A DNA stretch of 61,055 bases from Saccostrea cucullata (lineage: Eukaryota), in the NCBI RefSeq assembly GCF_032062105.1, contig NW_026934374.1, positions 1-61,055 on the forward strand, read 5' to 3'. The notes below the pieces were generated by a model. That model was not told where the DNA came from. It made no database searches and saw only the letters and a list, made by a program, of their open reading frames with translations. How positions within the stretch are numbered: position 1 is the stretch's first letter; each line of letters opens with the position of its first letter. Of this stretch, positions 1-11,228 are shown piece by piece. Position numbers and translations under genes: made by a program.

Positions 1-240
1 CTTATAAGGTATGCAGCAATATACCTTTATCACCTGCATACGGAGTTTATATCTCGCAATTGATTTGGTACGCAAAAGCATGCTCTACATATATTTATTT
101 TTCAAAAGGAGGTAAATTATTGATATATTGATAAAAACAAAAAAATCAGCTTTACCCTTTAAAGTTATCATTTCGTTAGTTCTATGATCGATAAATTTAT
201 CAGTGACACAAACGCCGAAGGACGTTATTCATGCTTTTCA
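1..240 (+). mobile_element. Degenerate Penelope-like retroelement RT C-terminal fragment
   Basis: Translates to SNIPLSPAYGVYISQLIWYAKACS; the same motif recurs degraded at ~25400-25560 and ~51905-52110. Family assignment is from recall of this motif, not a search. Confidence 0.55.
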
Positions 241-451
241 TGGGTCTCTCCAAACTTCAAAAACAACGAAAATTATCCCCTCTCGAAAATAAAGCATTTC
301 ACAATATATAAAAAAAATTAAAAATATGCTCTTCATTATTTCATTACTATTTACGAGCTATCTAACTGAATCTACTGAATGTACCTGAAAATTGGTAGAT
401 AAATATATGTACCTGAAAATTGGTAGATAAATATTCCCTTCTGTAGCATTA

Positions 452-498
452 TTGTTTATTTTGTTGTACACGAAATTGGAAAGAACCTTTGTGTCAGG
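452..498 (+). pseudogene. Decayed 3' half of an EGF cassette exon (gene A)
   Basis: ttgtttattttgttgtacacgaaattggaaagaacctttgtgtcagg matches the cassette 3' end; donor is ATAGAT instead of GTAGAT; following intron resembles the one after exon 1798-1929. Confidence 0.7.
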
Positions 499-692
499 AT
501 AGATGTTAAAATTTATGATGTACTATTTTTTACTATTTTTTTGTCTTTAAAAATTGTCTAACATTTCTAATATATATTTGTAACTGTTCAAGTTAGTTCC
601 GTTATACATATAAAACATTTATTTAAAAAATGACTTTCCTTTGACTAAAAAGGAGTGCATCACCAACTTACAAATGCAAATGAATATTATAG

Positions 693-824
693 AATGTGTT
701 GACGGTTACTATGGCCTGAATTGCAGTACTCAGTGTGGAAATTGTCATCAAGGACTTTGTAACAAGAATAATGGATCCTGCCAAACTGGTTGCAACTTGA
801 ACTGGAGAGAACCTCTCTGCCAAG
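693..824 (+). CDS. Gene A EGF cassette exon (132 nt)
   Basis: AG..GT bounded; ECVDGYYGLNCSTQCGNCHQGLCNKNNGSCQTGCNLNWREPLCQ. Confidence 0.9.
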
Positions 825-3800
825 GTAAGTTTTGCTTTATTATGGATAATATTAATTATTCTCGTATTTATATGTTTTCTAGCCAGCGGATTAGATTTGT
901 GCAACAAAAAGATATATTTAAGATCAAGAGAAGGAACATTTAAGTTGTAAGAAGTGATGTATAGGCACGTTAAAATTTGAAAAGGAAAATTAAAAAAGAA
1001 TAACTCTTCTAATTATAGAATGTGTTGACGGTTACTATGGACAGAATTGTAGTACTAGATGTGGTAATTGTCAAGAGGGATATTGTGACAAGACGACCGG
1101 AAGTTGTTTATCTGGTTGTAAACTGAATTGGAAAGAACCTCTTTGTCAAGGTAGATTTTGAACGTCAATACGAGCGATGTGTATTATTCTCGTATTTACA
1201 TTTTTTTTTGCTTGTGAGTTAGATATTTTAAACCAATAAGTATTACACATTAAAGAATGAAGGAAAAGTAAAAAAAAATGAAGAATACCAATTTATAGTG
1301 GGATTGATTGATTGATTGTATATTGTTTAACGTCCTCTCGAGAATTTTTCACTCATATGGAAACGTCACCGTATGCCGGTGAAGGGCTTTAAATTTTGAC
1401 CTTTACTCGGCACTCAGGCCATTGAGCAGTGAGAAATCTTTATCGTGCCAATGCCTGCCGCTGAGACGGGGCTTTCGATTTTAAGGTCTCATCCGAAGGA
1501 CCAGCAACTTTCACTTCAAACGGTTGAGCGATTTGTGAAGGAACAGTTCCTACCCATTTCTTTTCGACTTAGGTCAGTTGAGGCCGAGATTCGAACCCAC
1601 GACCTCCTGATCACGGAGCGAGCTCTCTACCGACTGAGCTAGTGGGAAAATGCACAAAAAGTATTTAAATTATCTATTGTGCTGACGGTTTCTATTGCCA
1701 GAAATGTAGTGCTAAATGTGAAATTTGTCTTGGATAATTATAGGGGAACAATAAATAATATTTTTGCGACTACTTCTACTACTAATTTTTATTATAGAAT
1801 GTGTTGACGGTTACTATGGACAGAATTGTAGTACTAAATGTGTTAATTGTCAAGAGGGATATTGTGACAAGAAGACAGGAAGTTGTTTATCTGGTTGTAA
1901 ACTGAATTGGAAAGAACCTTTTTGTCAGGGTAGATGTTAAAATTTATGTTCTACTATTATCTTCTTTCAAAATTGTCTACCATTTGTACATGTAATACTT
2001 TATACAAGGACATTTTTCTGCCCATCTCAATTTTGGACGCATTTTAAAGGGATCAAATTAAAAAAATATAGAATTGGTACTGGGCAACTTTAAAAGGGGG
2101 CAAAATTGTTTGCAAATGTAAATGTAAAAGGGCGAAAATAATACGAGGCGTTAACAACCATTTATACAGTTTATATTTCTAGCCGTAAGTGTAATATATA
2201 TGGAATAAATAACATAATAATACAAAATTAAAATAGAGGATACCGCCTCAGACATAATCCCCTTGACATTAAATACATTCAGATAATACAGAAACAAAAT
2301 AAAGGATACTATATCAAACATTTTTCCTTTACGCTCTTTCTACCACCCTGAACGAAAACATCTATGTACTAATAGGCTGGGAAAACAAGGACCCTAATGT
2401 AACTCTGGAATGACACCAGTTTCAACCATGCATCTTATTTTGTGAATTTTAAAACCCTGAAAATGTGTTTAAGGTGCTGCTGAAACATAAAGCGGGTCCT
2501 CTCCAGCTAATTTCACATGCCTTGCTCAGCACTAAAGCTGCAATTGGGTTGGGAATCTATTTACAGATAGACTTTTATTTTACCTTAATTGTATTGAAAG
2601 TTGAATATTTGTAAGAATCTTTTTTTAAGAACTCCTTTTTTTGTCATGCCTGAAAATGAATGTTTTATCAAAGCAGGAAGTATAGGTTTGAGTCTAAATA
2701 AACCGCAATTTCCCTTACTCTCAGCAAAGATAAAATACAAAAAGAAATATATCCATGTACCAAAATGCCCGTTACTAATTATTGGCTATATATGGTACTG
2801 TCACTATTTATTTATTTATCTTTTTAATTTCGAATATTAAAAGAGCTGACCTAGCAAGCTTTTTGTACTACTTAACATTTTGCTGATTAATAAATGGTTC
2901 AAGAAATCGGGGGTGTTTGGCATTTAAAAATGGTATAACCATGCTGCCATGTAAAATAGAGTTGATGATTTTCATAAACTGAATAGGTACATGTAAGATA
3001 CAAGACATATAAGACATTAAAACCTGTCCCACGGAGACCACTTTAGTGCATTTGGTCAATTGATAACTCTGAAATAAACCCTTAAAAACAATTTAGAGCA
3101 TGCCAGTAAAATATGTACAATTACTTTGCAATAAGAGCTAAAGCTGCCATATAACAAAATACAGGCTGTGCTTGGAGAGTTGTAAAATATAGATTGGTAT
3201 GATTAAATATCAACAAGCACTTTGTTGAATATCTTGTTCTTAAGCGTGAAAGTAAATCTGGTAAATGAATTCTTTAATGAGTCCAACAATTCAACAGCCA
3301 AAACAATTGAGAATAATTCCTGAGGGCAACATTGTAATACATTTTTTTTGGCCAATTAAGATCCATAAAACTTTCTATATATTTTTTTTTCTTTCAACAG
3401 ACAATAACCATTACCCAAGAATCAGCTGCATGTGGAGATGCATGTGTTTTGATATAACCTGTATATGTTCAAATAACCATCGTACTAAGATACAAACTAT
3501 TTGTTTAAATTTCATTGCATATGTATAGCTAGCTTTAATTTCTCCAATTTCTCCGGCAGCAATGTATATCCATTGCCACTGTGTCAAATTCAATTTAAAA
3601 AATTACCATCTTTGTAGCTGCCCATAAAGTTTTTTATCTAACACGAGTAACGCAGAGAAAATGTCCCTTGACTTTACCAATCCATTATAAGGCCACAGAA
3701 AATTTTTCAAAAATTAGCACAAGAAATGGACAACCCAAGTGCAAACCTTATCATAGAATATGAGACTTTCCTATTGAAAGCCCAGAAGTTCATGATCCTC

Positions 3801-6800
3801 TTTGTGACTTGGTATACATAACAAGCTGAATATTAAGCATCTATTTTGGCAAAAAGGCAACTTTCCCCATGGAGACAATAATATTTAAAGCATTATCCAG
3901 AATAAATCCAGAACAATTAATCATTACTTAGTATATATTTTTTAAATGAAAAGACTAGTGTTGTTTGAGTCTAAATTGAACATGTTCTTTCTTTTGAACA
4001 ATACCAGTTAGGGAAAATTAAAATTTTCAAAGGAGGGGGTGAAACAAAAAAGTCCAACAATTTTATGAACATAATCTTTTTCTGTACCGTGAAGCAATCA
4101 ATGACTGAGTTGTGTAAAGCGGACATGCGATACTAAGATTATCTGAAAGATATTGCACCCTGATGTAAATCAAATCCATACTTAAATTCTGAAACCAGAT
4201 ATAATAAATAATGACATTATGGTCCATTAATAATAAATATTTAAGGACATTAGGGATGATAGGGGTAAAAACACAACTGCATTACTTAAGGAATAATGGC
4301 AATTATTTGTGATTTGCAAATTGTTCCTACACTCTACACAAATGCATTGAAACTTGCAGTTTTCAGGTTTGCATATCCCTTCCCTAATATATGGCCAGAA
4401 AATTTCTATGAAGATTTGTCCCCCCCCCCTTTTTTTTGAAAGTCTTAGTCTAAACCTTGATCAAAAAGGGGAGGGGAAAAATGCTTTGTAGTTTCATCTC
4501 TAGATCTCAAATTGCCCATTAACCTTTTTTCAAGACATACCCATAACCTGTCTATAGATCCTAATTTGTACTACTACTTGTGAAAACACAAGTAACAAAA
4601 GGATAATATGCCTCACTCTACAAGGCAGAACTTGTCAAGACCTACGCCCATACTGGCTATGCCAACTACAGTGTCATAACAACACAACCTGACAATACTG
4701 CCTAAGCATACAAGCCAAGTCTTGCTAAAGTTTGTGTATAACCCAATCATGCAGGATATGTAAAATAAAAATGTCCAACCATATATAACATAATCATATG
4801 CTCACAAAAAGTAAAGGGTAAATCTTGTTATTAGTAAGGATATAAAATTTTATATAATATGTCAACTAAAATGTCTAAATAAACATCTTAACATGAGCAT
4901 AATGTGTGCATGACCCTACAGGGCAATATTCTTGCTAAGATGTTCAACCGTACAGATGTATTAAATAAAATGTCCAACCATACAGGACAACTCTATATAT
5001 CAACTATATAGAACAAATGAAAAGTTCTGTCTTCATATGCAGCAAGACCTGGATATATGACATTATTGGTATGTTCAACCACACCGAGCATCATTATGAT
5101 TAAATGTGTCCAACCGACTTTACCTTGGCATCTGATACACAGCATTAAATATATATATATATATAATTTTTACTTTATGTATATATATATCATATCCTAT
5201 AACATTCTGTGCAACCAAAAAGGGTAAAATATTGCCCAAAAACACAAGACCTAACTCAAGATACCAAACAATACAAAGATACAAATGGCCCAACAATATA
5301 GAGCATAACATCATGGCCCAAACCATATAGGGCTATAGAATAACTTGCCCAACCATATAGGGCATGACACCATGGCGCCCAACCATACTGCGATACATAT
5401 AGCCCAACCATATAGGACTATAGTATGGTGCCCAACCATATAGGGCACAACAACACCATAGCGCCCAACCATACTGGCATAAAAATAGCCCAACCATATA
5501 GGGCTATAGCATATTGCCCAACCATATAGGACATAGCACCATGGTGCCCAACGATACTGGGATACATATATCCCAACCATATAGGGTTATAGTATGGTGC
5601 TCAGCCATATAGGGCACAACAATACCATGGTGCCAAACCATACTAGATACATATAGCCCAACCATATAGGGTTATAGCATATTGCCCAACCATATAGGAC
5701 ACAACACCATGGTGTCCAACCATACTGGGATACACATAGCCCAACCATATAGGGCTATAGTATGGTGCCCAACCATATAGGGCACAACAACAACAAGGCG
5801 CCAAACCCATACTGAGATACATATAGCCCAACCATATAAGGTTATAGCATATTGCCCAAACATATAGGGCATAACACCATGGTGCCCAACCATACTGGGA
5901 TACATATAGCCCAACCATATAGGGCTATAGTATGCTGCCCAACCATATAGGGCACAACAACACCATGGCGCCAAACCATACTAAGATACATAAAGCCCAA
6001 CCATATAGGGCTATAGCATATTGTCCAACCATATAGGGCATAACAACACCATGGTGAAAAACCATAAATGGATACATATAGCTCAACGATATAGAGCTGT
6101 AGTATCTATAGCCCAACCATATAGAGCATATATAAATACCTGAATAGGTTTAATCCATGTAATTTACGGTATATATGCAACCAACCCCACGGCAAAATAA
6201 TGAAATCAAAATAAGCGACTGACTGTAATAGCTACATGATGAACAACAAGTGCAATTTACTCTGGCTACATGCATTTGCAGTGCTTAATTCTTAACATAT
6301 ACTGACAGGCCACAGGCTTTAATTCTTTAATGAAACCAAAAAACATTGAATGCACTTATAATCTACCCAAACTTCACCATATATTACACTAAATTGTTAT
6401 ATATCCAAACTGTCTGCCTGGTTTAGCATTAAAGAGCCTGTTTACTAACGACACCTTGACATTGCGCGATTCAGATTCTATAAAGAACCTGCCAGGTTTA
6501 CTTGGTGGTTTACAATGGAGATTTTGGTATGTTGACATTACACTATGCACTCAACAACCCCAGCTTTTTCTCAGCGAGTAAAACATTCTTAACCTAGGCG
6601 TGTAACTGAATATCTAGACTACACAAATCATTATAACCTGATTGTATATAAATACTAGCTCGGGTTTAATTTTATCAACTTCTGCAAGCCTAAAGAAAGT
6701 ATGTCAATTTAATGCAACCCGAATATCCTCTTTACATTACCTTCTCGCTGAGATATTCAGACAGAAATTGACATTCAACTGTTCTAACAAATCTGCAAAC

Positions 6801-9800
6801 GAACAATAAATAAATATCTTTGAATCGAAACACTATTCTGCCTGACTGAAACAATATAAATACTCACAACCAAGTAAAATTTGTAAACCACATTTTCGGA
6901 GCCAAAAGTTATTTTGATAAGGATAAGGCTTATAGCCGTAACTAAGGGGCTCTTATGTATAAAACCCTGAAAATCCCTTTGGGACCTATGGATTCACACA
7001 AATTGGTGATTAATAAAAATACGCAATTTTGTACGTATTTAGATCACATAAATTCCTTTATATACATAAATACACATAATACAAAATTAAAATTTTTATC
7101 CCAAAAATGTAGTACATCGGCAAATAATAGATACAAAATAAAATTATAGAATGTGGAGACGGTTTCTATGGCCTGAATTGCAGTACCCAGTGTGGAAATT
7201 GTAAAAATGGATTTTGTGACAAGAAAAACGGATCCTGCCAAACTGGTTGCAATTTAAACTGGAAAGAACCCCTCTGCCAAGGTAGATGTTTAATTTATCT
7301 TATAAATAGTGATGAGCATTATTAAATTATTATGATTTCTAACCAGTGAATACGAAATGTGTAACAAAAAGATAAATTAGATAAAGAAAAGAAAAATGTC
7401 AAGTTGTTAGAAGTGATGTATAGAATATTCAAAAAGAATAACTCTTCTAATTATAGAATGTGTTGACGGTTACTATGGCCAAAATTGTAGTACCAGATGT
7501 GGTAATTGTCGAGAGGGATATTGTGACAAGACGACCGAAAGTTGTTTGTCTGGTTGTAAACTGAATTGGAAAGAACCTCTTTGTCAAGGTTAATGTTGAA
7601 CGTCAATACGAGCTATGTGCATTATTCTCATATTTGCTTGCGAGTAAGATATTTCTAGCCAGCGAATAAGAAATGATTTTGTAACTATTAAATATTATGA
7701 TTTATAAGGAAGAAAATCTATTCTTTGTTAGAGGTGATGTACAGGCAATAAATGGAGAAAAATTTAATGTTGATAATAATTATTCCAATTATAGAATGTG
7801 TTGATGGTTTCTATGGCCAGAATTGTAGTACCCAGTGTGGAAATTGCCGAGAAGGAATCTGTGACAAGAAGACCGGAAGTTGTTTATCTGGCTGCCAATT
7901 AAACTGGAATGAACCTATGTGTCAAGGTAGATATTTAACGTCAAAAAGAGAGCAATATTTCTATGTTTTGCTTGTGAACTTGATGTTTCAAACTATTGGG
8001 TATTGCAATTGAAAAAAAATAATAAGGAAAAGGAATTTGTCTGAAAGAAATGATGGAAACCTATTCATGAGGACAAATTGAAGAATCATGCGTGAACAAT
8101 AAATAATAATAAAAACTATTTCAATTTTAGAATGTGTTGACGGTTACTATGACCAGAATTGTAACACCCAGTGTGGAAACTGTCGAGAGGGATTTTGTGA
8201 CAAGAGGACTGGAAGTTGTTTATCTGGTTGTAAACACAATTGGAAAGAACCTTTGTGTCAAGGTAAATATTTTACCTTAAAACGAACGAATAACATTATT
8301 CTCATATACTCAAGGTTTTTTGGCTTGTGAATAAGACGTTTCCAACTAATGGATGTAGCAAATTAATTAAGAAAAAAAATCTTTAATTTGAAAGGAATCA
8401 TGACTCCCAATCTATAATGCCCAAAAATCCCTTTCAATTACATAATGAGCTGACAGGTATTATGGCCAGAATTGTAGCAGGCAGTGTGATAATTGTCTAG
8501 AGGGACATTGTGACCCTAAAATCAGAAGTTGTATATTTTGATGTAAAATTAATCGGAAAGAACTTTGTGTCAAAGTAGATTTTTATCGCAAAATTAGTTT
8601 TGTGCATTATTCTCGTATTTACGAGTTTTCTTGCCTGTAACCACGATAGTTCTCTCATTAAGTTTTACAAATGAAAAGCAAACAAAGTCTTTTATGAGAA
8701 ATGATGTCTCCCAATTTTACAAGGAAATAATAAAAAATAATTATAAAAACTATTTCAATTATAGAATGTGTTGACGGTTACTTTGGCAAGAATTGTGGTG
8801 CTCGCTGTGGAAATTGTCTTGAAGGGTTTTGTGACAAGAAAAACGGAAGTTGTTTATCTGGCTGCAAATTAAATTGGAAAGAACCTTTGTGTCAAGGTAG
8901 ATGATAAAAATCATGATGTTCTATCCTTTTTTTAAATGTCTACACTTTGTTATCTTTATTTCTAATATATTGGGTGTTTTCAGCGTGGTGCTTACCTTGT
9001 CTTATTCAAGCGGTTTGGTAGTTATAAGTAGTGAAATTTTTAAACTACAAAAATTTCAATCGCTAAAGTTTCACCTTTCATTGTCCCTATGAAATACAAG
9101 AAAATTGACTTGATTTAATCAGTCTATTGTATAAGGAATTTAACCCTCATCTGGAATTGTAATCTGTAGTTATAAGGTATTATCTATTAATAAACTAAAC
9201 TTTCTTATCATAACAAGATGTCAAAAACTGGTATTACTATAGCATTAATAGAATAAGTAGACGGCTATAAATATTCAGAAACCGTTGCCTTGGTTCAATA
9301 ATAATGCATATATGCTGATAAGTTTCATCAAATTACCATTATAAAATTCTTTACATAGAATGTGTTGATGGAAATTATCACATGGACTGCAGCAGACAGT
9401 GTGGTCATTGTCTTACCGGAGTTTGTGATAAGACTAATGGAGCCTGTTTGAATGGATGTTCACCAAACTGGCAGGAACCTTTGTGTCGAGGTATGATTTA
9501 ACTATTAATTCAGATACATTTCATAAATGATGCTTCTTAAAATTAGAAGGAAAAGTTCTCCTTATATACTTTATATATACAGTAACGCATGACATCAACT
9601 GTTATGTTTAAAATGAAAACCTTAATGTTTATAAATATATTTGCTTGGGTTTTCGTTTTGGTCTTACTTTCAAATTAAAATTAGCTTAGCCTGAACGTGC
9701 TTTTCAATAGTCTTAACAAAGATACTTTAAGGAAAAAAAAACTTAAGAATACCTGAGAGATGTTTAAATTACGATGGAATCTCTGGCCAGAAGTGATACA

Positions 9801-11228
9801 AAGGAGATAGCATTATTTCAATTAATTTTAGGGTCGATATGATAACTTTGTTAAGAAAGACAAGCTATCAATGGGTATGTTTTTGACAGGGATAAATATA
9901 ACTTCTTTGAGCTGTTTTTATACCAAATTTGACTACGAAATACAGTGCGAGTATTCCTTGTACTAGTATCCATACTTATTTAAGACCCGGGACGAATGAG
10001 GTGATTCAAAGGAGAAAAAAACTTATCTTATGTACCTTATCAGGTAAATGCTACATTAATAACAGAGAAGTCATTTTAATTATCACAAGTGTTTTTTAAT
10101 GTTCTCAGTTTCATCTGCATTTCCCATTTAGAATGTGCTGATGGATCTTTTGGTGAAAGTTGCAATATACGGTGTGGAAATTGCATCCAAGGACTGTGTG
10201 ACAAGAGAAATGGAACCTGCATGATAGGCTGTTTTCCGGATTGGGAGGGACCTATGTGTCAGGGCAAGTTTTTAGTTTTATAAAAATTTCTTATTGGTAC
10301 TACATAACGATAAATTATTTTGGTTAGTTACTTTTAAATGTGAGATTTGCAGATAATAAAAACTTTAATTTTCATTGTTTCTATGTTTGCGTCAGACTTT
10401 CTTGTGTAATGTATTTTGTCATCTACATTTATTTCAGTTTTCAATTCATTATCATTGCCAAAAATATAATCAAAATAGATGTTAGGAAAGTCTTCAAAAA
10501 AAAACTTTCATGTTTTCTCATATCATCTTTTTTTTGTAAATTAACTGTGTGTGTTTATGAAATCAAATGATCACCAACCAGAGTAAGAAGATAGCAAAAA
10601 CAAACAAATAAAAACAAGACTCCGCACAAAAAAAATCTTTATTTTACTGAGTTTGAGATAAATTAGAAATATCTTATTTGTTTATGGGTAAAGAATGACA
10701 TCTAAGGACTTCACGAGTCACAGATTTCATTGAACGAATTCTATCTTGAAGTTGTATAATAAAAAATATAATTTTATTTTAGTTCTTACTACAAGAGAAC
10801 CACAAACGGGTGGTAAGTAGTTCGGGAATTCAAATTTTTACTTGTAAATTATACATGTTTTCTCAGACTTTTCATAAGGGATACAATTTACATTCTGGCC
10901 CGATTTGTTTTTTTTTTGTTCTTCAGATGAGGAGTTTTCCAAAACTTCCGTGGTCGTTATTTCTGTTATATCAACTCTTATTGGAGTATTACATTTGGGT
11001 GCGTTGATCATAGTCATATATATCAAGAGAACAAGATGCCTGTCACAGAATAACAGAGATCATAGCAACAATGACCAAATGTCGCGCAAGGATACAGAGC
11101 AGAAGTATGCTGAGTTAACAGGCGGAAAAGAAGATCACCATTATACGACCATTGATTCTACTTACAAGGAATCAGAATATCAGGAAATACATACTTATAA
11201 TAATACTGGATTTAACAAGGTCATGTGA
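693..11228 (+). CDS. Gene A: MEGF10/11- or SCARF-like multiple-EGF type-I membrane receptor (5'-partial, spliced)
   Basis: Exons 693-824, 1019-1150, 1798-1929, 7150-7281, 7457-7588, 7795-7926, 8131-8262, 8765-8896, 9359-9490, 10132-10263, 10783-10812, 10927-11228 join in frame (all phase 1); 10 repeats of 44 aa with 8 Cys, then TM and a Tyr-motif tail ending at TGA 11226-11228. Confidence 0.88.
1019..1150 (+). CDS. Gene A EGF cassette exon (132 nt)
   Basis: AG..GT; ECVDGYYGQNCSTRCGNCQEGYCDKTTGSCLSGCKLNWKEPLCQ. Confidence 0.9.
1304..1639 (-). mobile_element. tRNA-derived SINE, copy 1
   Basis: Reverse complement of the SINE at 35482-35830; A/B-box head, (ATCA)n tail; flanked by direct repeat TAGTGGGA (1296-1303 / 1640-1647). 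Confidence 0.9.
1676..1737 (+). pseudogene. Decayed 5' half of an EGF cassette exon
   Basis: tgtgctgacggtttctattgccagaaatgtagtgctaaatgtgaaatttgtcttggataa = CADGFYCQKCSAKCEICLG*; no AG acceptor; truncated. Confidence 0.7.
1798..1929 (+). CDS. Gene A EGF cassette exon (132 nt)
   Basis: AG..GT; ECVDGYYGQNCSTKCVNCQEGYCDKKTGSCLSGCKLNWKEPFCQ. Confidence 0.88.
1998..2169. mobile_element. Short degraded TA-type MITE
   Basis: Imperfect ends ctttatac.../...ttatacag with internal gggcgaaa-like subrepeats; interrupts intron sequence that aligns with ~550-590. Confidence 0.4.
5285..6128. repeat. Higher-order minisatellite (CCCAACCATA core, ~169-bp period)
   Basis: Marker TAGTATGG/CTG at 5421, 5590, 5758, 5928 (periods 169, 168, 170); each period has six CCAACCATA subunits. 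Confidence 0.9.
7150..7281 (+). CDS. Gene A EGF cassette exon (132 nt)
   Basis: AG..GT; ECGDGFYGLNCSTQCGNCKNGFCDKKNGSCQTGCNLNWKEPLCQ. Confidence 0.9.
7457..7588 (+). CDS. Gene A EGF cassette exon (132 nt)
   Basis: AG..GT; ECVDGYYGQNCSTRCGNCREGYCDKTTESCLSGCKLNWKEPLCQ. Confidence 0.9.
7795..7926 (+). CDS. Gene A EGF cassette exon (132 nt)
   Basis: AG..GT; ECVDGFYGQNCSTQCGNCREGICDKKTGSCLSGCQLNWNEPMCQ. Confidence 0.9.
8131..8262 (+). CDS. Gene A EGF cassette exon (132 nt)
   Basis: AG..GT; ECVDGYYDQNCNTQCGNCREGFCDKRTGSCLSGCKHNWKEPLCQ. Confidence 0.9.
8444..8574 (+). pseudogene. Full-length pseudo-exon (EGF cassette)
   Basis: 131 nt; acceptor AG>AT; first Cys TGT>TGA, second in-frame TGA, 1-nt deletion; GT donor retained. 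Confidence 0.85.
8765..8896 (+). CDS. Gene A EGF cassette exon (132 nt)
   Basis: AG..GT; ECVDGYFGKNCGARCGNCLEGFCDKKNGSCLSGCKLNWKEPLCQ. Confidence 0.9.
9359..9490 (+). CDS. Gene A EGF cassette exon (132 nt)
   Basis: AG..GT; ECVDGNYHMDCSRQCGHCLTGVCDKTNGACLNGCSPNWQEPLCR. Confidence 0.9.
10132..10263 (+). CDS. Gene A last EGF cassette exon (132 nt, GC donor)
   Basis: AG acceptor; ECADGSFGESCNIRCGNCIQGLCDKRNGTCMIGCFPDWEGPMCQ; donor G|GCAAGT. Confidence 0.82.
10783..10812 (+). CDS. Gene A 30-nt juxtamembrane microexon
   Basis: ttttattttag|TTCTTACT...GGTG|gtaagt; phase 1-1; VLTTREPQTG. Confidence 0.7.
10927..11228 (+). CDS. Gene A terminal exon: TM helix plus Tyr-motif cytoplasmic tail
   Basis: Strong polypyrimidine acceptor; VVVISVISTLIGVLHLGALIIVIYI then KR stop-transfer; YAEL, YTTI, YQEI, YNNTGF; AATAAA at ~11323. 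Confidence 0.88.

Noticed and set aside
380-435. 28-bp tandem duplication tgtacctgaaaattggtagataaatat
   Set aside because: Simple local slippage with no evident function.
5120-6116. Overlapping minus-strand ORFs rich in YGWA/PIWLG/MVG
   Set aside because: Translations of the minisatellite in all three frames; no splice or domain support.
5285-6128. CRISPR-like repeat/spacer appearance
   Set aside because: The spacers themselves recur periodically, there are no cas genes, and the context is eukaryotic.
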